Origin: a bacterium
Lineage (GTDB): Bacteria; Patescibacteriota; Minisyncoccia; Phycocordibacterales; UBA2100
Assembly (NCBI GenBank): GCA_038128225.1
Contig: JAYPJF010000001.1
Coordinates: 240,419-304,418, forward strand
Reading direction: 5' to 3'
Length of the DNA stretch: 64,000 nucleotides
Shown here piece by piece: positions 10,489 to 19,489 of this stretch; positions within the stretch are counted from its first letter, which is position 1; every line of letters starts with the position of its first letter. Made by a program: the position numbers and the translations under genes. The notes beneath the pieces are model-generated. The model worked only from the letters and a program-made list of their open reading frames with translations, was not told the DNA's origin and did not search any database.

Positions 10489-11556
10489 ATGATAGTGTAT
10501 ATGGCTTTCGAAACACGAAAACAACAAGGAGAACATCACCCGCTTGTGGTCACTATTGGCGGCGGAACGGGGCACTTCGTGCTTCTTTCGGGATTAAAGG
10601 AAAAACCGGTACGCATTTCAGCAATCGTATCAATGGCTGACGATGGCGGTTCTTCTGGAGCATTAAGAGATGAAATGGGTGTTCTTCCGCCAGGGGATGT
10701 GCGCCAATGTCTTGCGGCGCTTTCGTACGAAACTCCAGTGTTGCGCGAATTGTTTAGCTACCGTTTTCCTGATGGGCCAGCAAAGGGGCATGCGTTTGGC
10801 AATTTGTTTTTATCCGCACTCGAGCGTGTCACAGGGAGTTTTGCTGAAGCAGTGCGCGAGGCTGCGCGCATTCTTGCCGTTGCGGGTGAAATTATTCCCG
10901 TAACAGGCGAAGATATGCGTCTTCGCATTCAGCTTAATGATGGCACTCATGTAGTGGGGGAACATTTTCTTGATAACAACGAGCATGTGCGCGAAGTGGG
11001 GGTACAAGGTATTGCGCTTGAACACCCGGTGAGCGCTGATCCAGTTGCTGTCAGTCGAATTTTAGAAGCTGACATCATTGTTATTGGTCCTGGAGATTTA
11101 TACGGAAGTGTAGTGCCACCGATACTCATCCCCGCCATTGCGCGTGCGCTGAGAGAAAGCAAGGCACATATGGTATATGTGGCGAATTTGACAAACAAAC
11201 GCGGACAAACGGAAGGATTCCAAGCACGAGATTACGTGCGAGTACTCCATCACTATATCGGTTCGCATGTAATCGATACGGTGATTTGTAACAATGAAAA
11301 ACCGCCCGTGCATTTAGCGGCGCGGTACGAAGAAAGAGAAGGGAAAGGCATGTTTGTTGAATGCGGGCGTAGCCCACACGATCCTTATGAGTGTGTAGAG
11401 AAAAACATCCTCTCGTCAGACATGCATGTGGTACACCACTTTGAAGCACAGGGTTCTGTGCGGTCGTTTATTCGCCACGACCCTACGAGATTGGCGTCGG
11501 CGTTGATGGAAATTATCGAACGATATTATCCAAGCTCCAGTGGCCAGGACCGGTAA
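10489..11556 (+). CDS. YvcK/CofD-like protein (UPF0052 gluconeogenesis-factor family)
   Basis: VVTIGGGTGHFVLLSGLK near N-terminus and overall length ~350 aa match YvcK/CofD-like 2-phospho-L-lactate transferase fold family. Start could be 10489 or 10501. Confidence 0.7.
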   Translation: MIVYMAFETRKQQGEHHPLVVTIGGGTGHFVLLSGLKEKPVRISAIVSMADDGGSSGALRDEMGVLPPGDVRQCLAALSYETPVLRELFSYRFPDGPAKGHAFGNLFLSALERVTGSFAEAVREAARILAVAGEIIPVTGEDMRLRIQLNDGTHVVGEHFLDNNEHVREVGVQGIALEHPVSADPVAVSRILEADIIVIGPGDLYGSVVPPILIPAIARALRESKAHMVYVANLTNKRGQTEGFQARDYVRVLHHYIGSHVIDTVICNNEKPPVHLAARYEEREGKGMFVECGRSPHDPYECVEKNILSSDMHVVHHFEAQGSVRSFIRHDPTRLASALMEIIERYYPSSSGQDR

Positions 11557-11884
11557 GAGCGAGTCCTAAAAATCCAAACGCGAGACCCCAGTCGCGCACA
11601 CCCACCGCAGTAAGGCCAAGCGAGAGGGCGATCAGTGCCAGATGCACACCCATTACCGTTGCACTTATGCGCGTAAAGAGGCCGAGTAAAAGCAAAAGAC
11701 CAAACGCGACCTCAGCAGCACCGTTCATGAGCACAAGGGTTTTGGCGTCCACCAGAAGAGTTGTGGTCGCGATGTCGGGCACGTATCCTACCCAAGAGAG
11801 CGGGTCAATAAGCTGTTGTGCACCGAACCATAACAAGACACCACTCAATCCCAATCGGATGATGAGTAATCCGTACGAGGTCAT
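11513..11884 (-). CDS. DoxX-family membrane protein
   Basis: Small 4-TM protein with DoxX-like pattern (GLLIIRLGLSGVLLWFGAQQL..); start chosen at Met that abuts the stop of the upstream cytochrome b5-like gene. Confidence 0.55.
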   Translation of the reverse strand: MTSYGLLIIRLGLSGVLLWFGAQQLIDPLSWVGYVPDIATTTLLVDAKTLVLMNGAAEVAFGLLLLLGLFTRISATVMGVHLALIALSLGLTAVGVRDWGLAFGFLGLALTGPGHWSLDNIVR

Positions 11885-11885
11885 G

Positions 11886-12368
11886 TTACTGCGCGTACGC
11901 TCCCTCATTCACTCCTTCACGCATCAAGCGGTTCTCTTGCTTTGTTCCGTGTTTTTTATTAAACGCCGCAGTGAACTCGTCAGCGGTGCCGCAATAAGGA
12001 GCGATTGCACCGGCTGATCCAGGGTGTCTCGGTAACCAATTGGTGATGTCGTACACAACTCCTTTATAAGCGACCCAACAGTCTTTCTGTGTATTGTGTG
12101 TTGCGAGTACCGAACGGGTGATTGCTTGTGGCGCGGTTCCGGTTCCTTGTGTTGCTGGTGGTGTACTTGGCACAGTTGCCGTAACGTCGGCAGAAGATCC
12201 TTGGCTCGGCGTCGGGTTCTCGTCGGTGACTGTACCCACGACAGGTGTATCGCTATCAAAAGGACTGGTCTCCTCTTGTTGGGAAGTGGAGGTGGTCGGT
12301 GCTTGCATTTGCCAGGCAAAGAGCCCTCCTGCCAAAATAATAATTCCGACTAGAAATAAGTATTTCAT
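11886..12368 (-). CDS. secreted/membrane-anchored cytochrome b5-like heme-binding domain protein
   Basis: N-terminal hydrophobic anchor, Thr/Pro/Ser linker, then DCWVAYKGVVYDITNWLPRHPGSAGAIAPYCGTADEFTAAFNKKHG, matching the cytochrome b5 heme-binding signature (..DCW..KVYD(V/I)T.F...HPGG...aG.DaT..F....H). Confidence 0.65.
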   Translation of the reverse strand: MKYLFLVGIIILAGGLFAWQMQAPTTSTSQQEETSPFDSDTPVVGTVTDENPTPSQGSSADVTATVPSTPPATQGTGTAPQAITRSVLATHNTQKDCWVAYKGVVYDITNWLPRHPGSAGAIAPYCGTADEFTAAFNKKHGTKQENRLMREGVNEGAYAQ

Positions 12369-12565
12369 GATGGTTGTTTTATTGATAACTATACTTTGTT
12401 AGCCCTATTCGAGCTGGTGCGTCTACCAGGCACACCTCGATACAGTACCATAAGAATAATGATGACAACACTCTCGCGACGCATAAGAATATTCGGCGAC
12501 GCAGTAAACGAACTCGCGCACACTCTCATGTGTGCAAACTGATAGTATGACACTACACTAAGACT

Positions 12566-13621
12566 ATGCGAAGAGTTGTTTTTATCGTGCTTTTTGCTTG
12601 TGTGTTTTTTTGCGTGGGCGCTTCATATGTGGTTGGCCTATCTGTAGAAGAAGCGGTTCCGAAGCGTGGTGTTGTTGTTCCGCAATTGTTGCAAGAAGAA
12701 GCGCCATGTCCTGATTCGCTCTTGTGTTGGCAGGAATTTTATGAGAACGCAGCACAAAAAAATCCCCTGCGCGCTCTCCAGGATCTTAAGGCACGCTACC
12801 TCGAAAGGGGAGATGTGCTGCAAAATTGTCACACACTACTGCATGTGGTTGGGCGCGCTGCGGCCGCGCATTACGGTTCGGTTGCGCGCGCATACAAGTA
12901 CGGTGACATGTTTTGTCGCTCAGGGTATTACCACGGCGTTCTTGAACACGTATTTGCTGACCAAGATCCACAACAAGCACTCGTCGGGCTGGATGCGATT
13001 TGTGAAAAAGTACCAGGAAAAAATACACGTTCGTACGATTATTTTGCGTGTGTCCACGGCGTCGGGCACGGACTCATGGCGCTTTATGAACACGAACTTT
13101 TTGACGCGCTTAAAGGGTGTAAACATTTGACTGGTGAGTGGGAGCAGTCTGCGTGCTACGGGGGCGTGTTCATGGAAAACGTAATTGCAGACACCAATGA
13201 TGTGCCGTCGCTGTATCTTGACCCTGAAAATTTAGTCTACCCGTGTGATGTTGTGGATGAAGAAGAGCGAGGGCAGTGTTTTATGATGCAAAGCTCTTAC
13301 ATGCTCAAGAAAAATGGAGGCAACTTTATCGATGCGTTTGAACGCTGCGCGAATGTTGATGAAAAATTTAAAAGCACTTGTTTTTTAAGTATTGGGCGCG
13401 ACGCATCTGGCTGGGGAGGGGCGCGCGTTGAGGCAACGGCAAACTACTGTTTGAAGGGGCGCACTTATGAAGAACGAAGCTACTGTTTCTGGGGCGCTGC
13501 CGATGATTTTGTAGCGCAATATGATTCAGATGCAGAAGCAAAGCAATTGTGCGAGAAGTCTGACGCCGAGTTTGTTTCGCATTGCAAAAAGCTGGTTGGG
13601 GATTACTATGCGACATTTTGA
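12566..13621 (+). CDS. secreted cysteine-rich hypothetical protein
   Basis: N-terminal signal peptide (MRRVVFIVLFACVFFCVGASYVVG), >20 Cys spread over 351 aa, no recognised family. Confidence 0.5.
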   Translation: MRRVVFIVLFACVFFCVGASYVVGLSVEEAVPKRGVVVPQLLQEEAPCPDSLLCWQEFYENAAQKNPLRALQDLKARYLERGDVLQNCHTLLHVVGRAAAAHYGSVARAYKYGDMFCRSGYYHGVLEHVFADQDPQQALVGLDAICEKVPGKNTRSYDYFACVHGVGHGLMALYEHELFDALKGCKHLTGEWEQSACYGGVFMENVIADTNDVPSLYLDPENLVYPCDVVDEEERGQCFMMQSSYMLKKNGGNFIDAFERCANVDEKFKSTCFLSIGRDASGWGGARVEATANYCLKGRTYEERSYCFWGAADDFVAQYDSDAEAKQLCEKSDAEFVSHCKKLVGDYYATF

Positions 13622-13674
13622 TTTTTTTGGAAATCGTGGTACGAAGATTAGAGTGTAGTGTATGGAGGCTTCCA

Positions 13675-14061
13675 ATGGCGAGGACTAAAGATTCTGCTCG
13701 TGTCGTGAAAGCGTATGTGACGTCACATAAAGTCCCCAAGAAGGACTTCAAAAAATTGGTCGGCACTGTGCGGGCGACGTTCGAGAAGCTTGGGCGTACG
13801 TCTGCGACCAAGACGCGAATACCAGCAGTCTCGATTGAGGCGTCGGTTCTATCCAATAGAATTGCATGTCTCGAATGTGGGCGCTGGTACAAGACACTCA
13901 AGCCCCATATTCGCCTCACACATAATATGACTGTCGAACAATACAGGAAGCGGTGGGAACTTCCATTCAGCTATCCGTTTGTGGCGCCAGAATACAGGCA
14001 GAAACGGTCACTGCTTTCTCGAAAAGCCGCACTCAGGCAGAAGTTCGAGCGAAATTCGTAG
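13675..14061 (+). CDS. MucR/Ros-family zinc-finger transcriptional regulator
   Basis: C-terminal IACLECGRWYKTLKPHIRLTHNMTVEQYRKRWELPFSYPFVAPEY matches the Ros/MucR C2H2-type motif (CLECG..fK.LKrHL...H.mtp.eYR.kW.LP..YPmVAp.Y). Start set at Met 13675; the longer ORF from 13582 overlaps the preceding gene. Confidence 0.7.
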   Translation: MARTKDSARVVKAYVTSHKVPKKDFKKLVGTVRATFEKLGRTSATKTRIPAVSIEASVLSNRIACLECGRWYKTLKPHIRLTHNMTVEQYRKRWELPFSYPFVAPEYRQKRSLLSRKAALRQKFERNS

Positions 14062-14078
14062 GTTTTTGAGTACATATA

Positions 14079-14108
14079 AGCAGCCCCGTGTGGGCTGCTC
14101 TGTTTTTG
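14079..14108 (+). terminator. intrinsic terminator after MucR-like gene
   Basis: AGCAGCCC-cgtgt-GGGCTGCT hairpin followed by ctgTTTTTg. Confidence 0.55.
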
Positions 14109-14212
14109 CTACTTCCGATTTTTCTAGCGATGCGCAAATTTAACAAGTTTAACGATAAATACATATTGACAAACGATAAGATGCAAACTAGGGCTTCTAC
14201 GTTACGGCAAAT

Positions 14213-14470
14213 ATGACGCTACGCTTGGCAAAACGAGCGAAAGCTATATTTGAAAGTTCGCAACCAGAGGAAAAACGCAAACTTTTGAGTTTCTTACTTG
14301 CGAACTCAACACTGCACGGAAAAAACCTAACGTTTACAATGCGTTCTCCCTTTGATGTGATGTTTTCTAATACCCATCATATGACTATGCGGCGAGAGTT
14401 AGATGCTGTTAGAACGTACTTTCAGAGTAGCAAAAATCATGAGTTATTCCCAAATTTCGCTATTTCCTAA
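14213..14470 (+). CDS. small hypothetical ORF (85 aa), possibly a gene remnant
   Basis: Only ORF in the 400-bp gap between the MucR-like gene and the methyltransferase; no family recognised; overlaps the methyltransferase stop. Confidence 0.25.
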   Translation: MTLRLAKRAKAIFESSQPEEKRKLLSFLLANSTLHGKNLTFTMRSPFDVMFSNTHHMTMRRELDAVRTYFQSSKNHELFPNFAIS

Positions 14471-15116
14471 ACTCAAAGACGTAAAAGTTGAAATCCTCTT
14501 TGTGTGGTTTTTTGTAAGTATTGGCTAGTGCGTACCCATTTTCTTTAGCCAACTTGAAAGGAAGACCGACATCAATATCTGCAAAGTCTGCCCAACCAAA
14601 GTAGATCTTTCCGTTCGGTTTGAGATACGCACCAACCTCCTTGAAAAACTTTTGCTTCGTCTCGTCTTCTGGGTCCCAAAACATCCGATCGATATTATCT
14701 CGCACCTCATGCTTTGTGTAAGGCGGATTACAGATAATAACATCGAATTGTCCTTCTACTTTTTCAAATACATTCGATAAGAAAAAACTGACATTTGTAA
14801 CACCTTGCGCTTGCGCATTGCGCCTACTGTTTTCTACTGCTCGCTCATTGATATCTATCCCAACTCCTTGTGCTGCACGTTTCGCAGTTGCAATCGAAAC
14901 TACTCCTGTACCGCATCCAATTTCCAAGAAGTTCTGATTTTTCGTGATCTCTACTGATCCCGCCATCAAATCAGAGTCACCAGAGGTTTGATAAACTCCC
15001 GGTTCCACTATGATTTTCATACCACAGCATTCAACTTCAAAAGGTTGACCAGTGTGTCTTTCCTCCAGTCTGTTCGCTTGACGAGGGATCGAATAAAAAT
15101 CGCTCTGTTTGATCAT
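14460..15116 (-). CDS. class I SAM-dependent methyltransferase, MTS-domain type with NPPY motif
   Basis: EIGCGTGVVSIA (SAM-binding motif I) and DVIICNPPY (motif IV typical of N6-adenine / N5-glutamine / rRNA m2G methyltransferases). Substrate cannot be assigned from sequence. Confidence 0.7.
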   Translation of the reverse strand: MIKQSDFYSIPRQANRLEERHTGQPFEVECCGMKIIVEPGVYQTSGDSDLMAGSVEITKNQNFLEIGCGTGVVSIATAKRAAQGVGIDINERAVENSRRNAQAQGVTNVSFFLSNVFEKVEGQFDVIICNPPYTKHEVRDNIDRMFWDPEDETKQKFFKEVGAYLKPNGKIYFGWADFADIDVGLPFKLAKENGYALANTYKKPHKEDFNFYVFEFRK

Positions 15117-15205
15117 TTCTTTATTTTATCAAAAATTATGTAATAAGTTCGAATCCCTCTTTCCTCAAACAAAAACAACCCTATGAATAAGGGTGTTTCT
15201 GACTG

Positions 15206-15290
15206 CGGAGAGGGTGGGATTCGAACCCACGGTCCCTTGCGAGACTCTTGTTTTCAAGACAAGTGCGATAGACCACTCTGCCACCTCTCC
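15206..15290 (-). tRNA. tRNA-Ser (anticodon TGA)
   Basis: Reverse complement reads GGAGAGG-TG-...-CTTGT-CTTGAAA-ACAAG-(long variable arm AGTCTCGCAAGGGAC)-GTGGG-TTCGAAT-CCCAC-CCTCTCC-G; 7-bp acceptor stem, TPsiC box, long extra arm typical of Ser. Confidence 0.85.
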
Positions 15291-15391
15291 ATTCCTTTCC
15301 CAAACGCGACACAATTTTCTGGAAATAGGAAATCCAGTTACTGCATAGTACGTATTTCTTGTATTACCGCAAATAATGCTATGCTTCCTGG

Positions 15392-15820
15392 GTGAAATAC
15401 ATAGGCTTAGATTTCGGAGAGAAACGAATTGGTATTGCGATCTCTGATGAAAACGGGACAATTGCGTTTCCGCACTCAGTTGTTCCAAATAACCAAGATG
15501 CCGTTAAGACCATATTGGATTTAGTCGAACATGTCCGAGCAGGGTCAGTTGTTATTGGTGATACAAAAACAGGTTCGGGAGAACCTAATAGTGTCACACA
15601 TAAGCTTAAGGAATTCATTGAACCACTTACCGCGGCTGGCTGCACCATCACCACAGTGCCCGAACTTGGTTCAACAGGGGCAGCCCGCGCGGTTTTTGCG
15701 CACGCGGAAGGAGCACCGCGAGGGGAAGTGCAATCTCCGGTATACCACACTATTGATAACCTTGACGCGCAAGCGGCGGCCGTGATTCTGCAGCGCTATT
15801 TAGATATACACAAGCGCTAA
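15392..15820 (+). CDS. ruvX: Holliday-junction resolvase-like RNase YqgF/RuvX
   Basis: N-terminal MKYIGLDFGEKRIGIAISD is the YqgF/RuvX signature. Confidence 0.85.
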   Translation: MKYIGLDFGEKRIGIAISDENGTIAFPHSVVPNNQDAVKTILDLVEHVRAGSVVIGDTKTGSGEPNSVTHKLKEFIEPLTAAGCTITTVPELGSTGAARAVFAHAEGAPRGEVQSPVYHTIDNLDAQAAAVILQRYLDIHKR

Positions 15821-15839
15821 ATACATACTCGATAAATCT

Positions 15840-16808
15840 GTGTACTATTACGGCATGCAGCAAATTTCCAGTGCTCGTGCGTGGATTGTAGTGCACGTTG
15901 TCGTGGCAGCGTTCTTTTATATGACATTTGTCAGTAGTGCATCTGCGGCAGGGTGCGACGCGGCGTATAAGCAGTGTATAGGACAGCCTGGTGCGAGTAA
16001 GTCCGCATGTATCGGGCAATGGAAATCATGCTTAACAGGACAGTGCATGAAGAGTGGGAACATATGCAATCAAGACTCTGAGTGTCAGATGTATTGTACA
16101 GAGGAAGGAACTTCAACTGGCGGAAAAATCTCATGTTGCTCAGGTGGACCGCAGATAGAACCGGGAGCTCCTAACCCGTGCCCTGACAAGATTGATGGTA
16201 AGTGTGAGGCAAAAATGCCGGAAATGATGATGGGAATGATGATGGGTGCGCCGATGCTTCCCATGCTTCCTATGATGATGCCGAAGATGGATATGCCAAT
16301 GATGATGATGCCAGACCCGTGCGAGACGGGCGGGTTTCGCTCAATTAGTGCTGATGGTACAGACCCGTGCGCAACAAAAAAGGATAAAAAATCGGCAAGT
16401 ACTACCGATGACACGCTTAAGAAGATTAAGGATGTCGCGGGGAAAAAAGATGAAACAGGGAAGTCGTATACGGAAGAGGACACTGCAAAAGAAGCAAAAG
16501 GACTTGGTTCTGTATTCGGGGCTTTCTTTGAAGGTGTAGACACAACATCTGCGCGTGACGGAGGAGACAAAACACAAGACACAACCAGCGGAGCTCTTAA
16601 CACATTTGGAAATGCCGTTTTGGGACAACAAAACACCACCGCTGTTTCTCAAACAATCGCACAGATAACCCAGGCAGTGCGCTCCGTTGCACAAACGATC
16701 ATTACAGGGTTTGACACGCTCGGTGCGCCTGCAGTGCAGCAGTTACAAAACGCACTTTCAGCAGCCACACTCGTTTTAAAGAGCCTCCTTGGTAGTCTTG
16801 GGCTCTAA
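15840..16808 (+). CDS. secreted Cys-rich / Met-rich protein (possible metal-binding)
   Basis: Hydrophobic N-terminus, ~20 Cys in first 120 aa (CDAAYKQC..CIGQWKSC..CMKSGNIC..CQMYC..), then MPEMMMGMMMGAPMLPMLPMMMPKMDMPMMMMPDPC, then Lys/Thr/Asp-rich tail. Confidence 0.55.
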   Translation: MYYYGMQQISSARAWIVVHVVVAAFFYMTFVSSASAAGCDAAYKQCIGQPGASKSACIGQWKSCLTGQCMKSGNICNQDSECQMYCTEEGTSTGGKISCCSGGPQIEPGAPNPCPDKIDGKCEAKMPEMMMGMMMGAPMLPMLPMMMPKMDMPMMMMPDPCETGGFRSISADGTDPCATKKDKKSASTTDDTLKKIKDVAGKKDETGKSYTEEDTAKEAKGLGSVFGAFFEGVDTTSARDGGDKTQDTTSGALNTFGNAVLGQQNTTAVSQTIAQITQAVRSVAQTIITGFDTLGAPAVQQLQNALSAATLVLKSLLGSLGL

Positions 16809-16824
16809 TTGTTATACTGGCGCG

Positions 16825-17154
16825 ATGGTGACATACGAAGATTTCGCGGCACTTGAGTTTCGCGTTGGGCTAATACGCTCCGCAGAGCGTGTCCCAGAAA
16901 CGGACAAACTCATCAAATGTACGATTGATTTTGGACCTGAGATCGGCGAACGAACCATTGTTTCAGGAATTGCTGCGTGGGTTACTCCTGAGTCATTGGT
17001 TGGCAAAAAATTACCGTATATTGTTAATCTTGAACCGCGGGTTATCAAGGGGATTGAAAGCCAAGGTATGCTCCTCGCACTCTCTTATGGTGAGCGCTTG
17101 TCGCTTTTAGTACCAGAAAATACTGACGTGCCGCCTGGAACGCGTATTAAATAG
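16825..17154 (+). CDS. tRNA-binding domain protein (CsaA/Myf/EMAP-II-like OB fold)
   Basis: FAALEFRVGLIRSAERVPETDKLIKCTIDFG...RTIVSGIA...LVGKKLPYIVNLEPRVIKGIESQGMLLA matches the tRNA-binding domain found free-standing or at the MetRS C-terminus. Confidence 0.7.
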   Translation: MVTYEDFAALEFRVGLIRSAERVPETDKLIKCTIDFGPEIGERTIVSGIAAWVTPESLVGKKLPYIVNLEPRVIKGIESQGMLLALSYGERLSLLVPENTDVPPGTRIK

Positions 17155-17157
17155 TGC

Positions 17158-17781
17158 ATGATAAAAAGTATTGAGGGGTTGGGTGTACGTGCGTATGAGC
17201 AGACGAAATTGTGGTGGCGGTATATAGAGCAGAAACTACGTGGGCAGTACGCGTTGGCGTGGTTCGGCGTTTTTTCTTTTGCTGAATCAATCTTCATCCC
17301 GTTTCCTGTCGACCCGTTAATGGGGGTTATGGTTGCTGCAAATCGGGCACGGTGGTGGTGGATCGGGTTGTTCACATCAATCACTTCAACACTTGGGGCA
17401 GCGTGCGGGTACTTGATCGGGGCCTATGGGCTCGGGTTGATCGAATTTTTTGCAGGATCAGCCGATCGGGCGCATTGGTTTTCGTTTGCCGAACGCACGT
17501 TTGTTGACAACACGGCGCTTCTTTCATTTGCAGCGGCGTTCACTCCTTTGCCTAATGGTCCAGTCGTCATTGCTGCGGGAGTTTTCGGGTCACCTATCGT
17601 AGCTTTTTTGGCTGCATGGTTTGTTGGAAGAACATTACGGTTTCTTGCAGTTGCGTACGTTGTCTATGAGTATGGAGAACGAGAACGTTCGTTACTACGC
17701 CGCACATTTTTTATCGGCACGACAGTACTTGCGGTCATGGTGCTTGGGATAGTGATCTACCAGGCTGTTCGTGCTCTCTAA
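17158..17781 (+). CDS. DedA/YqaA-family (VTT domain) membrane protein
   Basis: Multi-TM, ~200 aa, FAESIFIPFPVDPLM...G motif characteristic of DedA/SNARE-associated family. Confidence 0.6.
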   Translation: MIKSIEGLGVRAYEQTKLWWRYIEQKLRGQYALAWFGVFSFAESIFIPFPVDPLMGVMVAANRARWWWIGLFTSITSTLGAACGYLIGAYGLGLIEFFAGSADRAHWFSFAERTFVDNTALLSFAAAFTPLPNGPVVIAAGVFGSPIVAFLAAWFVGRTLRFLAVAYVVYEYGERERSLLRRTFFIGTTVLAVMVLGIVIYQAVRAL

Positions 17782-17811
17782 AACACTCTTGTTGTAGAGT
17801 ATACTAGTTCC

Positions 17812-18948
17812 ATGCACCCCGTATCTCTGCATGAAGAGCTCCTTTATGGGCGTGCGCGTGTGCACGAACACCCTGTATGGAAGCACTGGTTTCCGATTCC
17901 TCGCGTGTTTAATGCGCCGACACCGGGAATCGATATTTCTGACAGCTCAGTAAAGGCGATCACACTGAAACCCGCACGTTCCCGCGGATTTACTGTCGAG
18001 TTGTGTGTGTCTGAAAATGTGCCCGAGGGGACGGTTGTAGGCGGATTGGTGCGCGACCCGGAACGGTTGGGGGGAGTGTTGAAGACGTTATACGCAAAAA
18101 TGCCTCACGTGCATGGTGCCCACGTTGCGCTACCTGAAGAAGGGGCTTACGTCTTTAATATGCACATTGTTGATGTTCGGGACCCGGCACAGGTGCGCAC
18201 CATGATTGAATTTGAAATGGAGGGACGTGTACCTCTCAAGCTCGAGCGTGCGCGATATGATTACGATGTGATCTCGATCCAAAATGATGGTATGGGTGCG
18301 GAGATAGCGGTGTATGTGTTCCCGGGTGACTTAGTGCAGGATTATCTCAGCGCGTTTGCCTATGCGGGCGTCCCTGTGCGCTCTATGGAACTAGAAGCAC
18401 GTTCGATTGCGCGGGCAATTATTCCACCACACGAGCGTCAAACATTTCTTATTGCAGATTTTGGGCGCGCTCGTACGGGAGTTGCTATCGTTAAAAACGG
18501 AATCCCAATATTTACGAGTACTGTCGAGGTTGGAGGTGATTCTATGACCCGTATTTTGACTGAACAATTTAAGATGCCAGTTGAAGAAGCAGAAAATGCA
18601 AAAAATGAGTATGGGATCGAACAAGCGGCAAAACCAGAGTTTGCCGAGGCAATGATTGGCACTGCCTCTGCGCTTGCTGATGAGATCATAAAACATTTCC
18701 GCTACTGGGATACAAGGCGCGACGAGCGGGGCGAACGGATCACGCCTGTTTCCGGTGTTCTGCTCGTGGGCGGTAGTTCGAACTTAAAGGGTTTGGAGAC
18801 CTATCTTGCGGGGCGTGTTCAGGCGCGCACGCAGCTTGCAAACGTCTGGCACAACGTGTGCCATTTCGATGACTATATCCCACCAGTCGATAAGCACCAC
18901 TCTCTAGGGTATGCGACTGCGGTTGGGTTGGCACTTCGCGACGTATAA
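17812..18948 (+). CDS. pilM: type IV pilus assembly ATPase-like protein PilM (actin-like)
   Basis: GIDISDSSVKAITLK near N-terminus and LLVGGSSNLKGLETYLAGRV near C-terminus (FtsA/PilM actin fold). The ORF has ~38 extra N-terminal residues, so the true start may be a non-ATG codon downstream. Confidence 0.7.
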   Translation: MHPVSLHEELLYGRARVHEHPVWKHWFPIPRVFNAPTPGIDISDSSVKAITLKPARSRGFTVELCVSENVPEGTVVGGLVRDPERLGGVLKTLYAKMPHVHGAHVALPEEGAYVFNMHIVDVRDPAQVRTMIEFEMEGRVPLKLERARYDYDVISIQNDGMGAEIAVYVFPGDLVQDYLSAFAYAGVPVRSMELEARSIARAIIPPHERQTFLIADFGRARTGVAIVKNGIPIFTSTVEVGGDSMTRILTEQFKMPVEEAENAKNEYGIEQAAKPEFAEAMIGTASALADEIIKHFRYWDTRRDERGERITPVSGVLLVGGSSNLKGLETYLAGRVQARTQLANVWHNVCHFDDYIPPVDKHHSLGYATAVGLALRDV

Positions 18949-18950
18949 TT

Positions 18951-19487
18951 ATGGCGCTCATTGTTCCTGCAGAGTTTGCGACAAACATGAAGTGGACCGT
19001 CACTGCACGGATTGTGTACCTTGTGTGCGTGATGGCTATTGCCGCGGCGAGCATGGTCATGCTCGCAACTTTGCCGGGGTATATAAACATGCGTTCAGAA
19101 AAGCAAAATCTCAGTACCGTTCTTGATGCAACAATGAAGAACGCTGAGGAACAAGAAAAAAACGCAGGACGGGAAACACTTCTCGGTAGCAAACGGCGAA
19201 TCGAAGCGCTTTCCGCAATTGTTGCGCCCACCGAGGCTTCTCGACATATTCTCGACGTGGTAAGCGTCAAACCCTCTGGAGTGGCGTTAACCGCCTTCTC
19301 GTATGTACACAAAAACGGTGAGGGTACATTGGTTGTATCCGGCACGGTTACATCGCGCGCCGCATTGTCGGGGTATGTGCAAGCACTTGAGGCAAGTAAA
19401 CGGTTTAGTTCTGTGGTTGTGCCTATCACAACATTAGCGCGCGTTGAAGAGGGCGAGTTTGACATAACGCTCTCGGGAAATTTTTAA
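18951..19487 (+). CDS. PilN-like pilus assembly protein (single N-terminal TM + periplasmic-type domain)
   Basis: Position directly after pilM, size 178 aa, one TM helix then coiled-coil; assignment by synteny and topology only. Confidence 0.45.
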   Translation: MALIVPAEFATNMKWTVTARIVYLVCVMAIAAASMVMLATLPGYINMRSEKQNLSTVLDATMKNAEEQEKNAGRETLLGSKRRIEALSAIVAPTEASRHILDVVSVKPSGVALTAFSYVHKNGEGTLVVSGTVTSRAALSGYVQALEASKRFSSVVVPITTLARVEEGEFDITLSGNF

Positions 19488-19489
19488 GT

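Noticed and set aside
10450-10575. Longer version of the pilin ORF starting at 10575
   Set aside because: The extra 42 residues precede a perfect prepilin leader (MSRG|F). A true pilin starts with a short basic leader, so the internal Met at 10449 is the start.
12094-12402. Plus-strand ORFs 12094-12402 and 12096-12353
   Set aside because: They are antisense to the cytochrome b5-like gene and have Gly/Val/Cys-rich composition. Treated as spurious.
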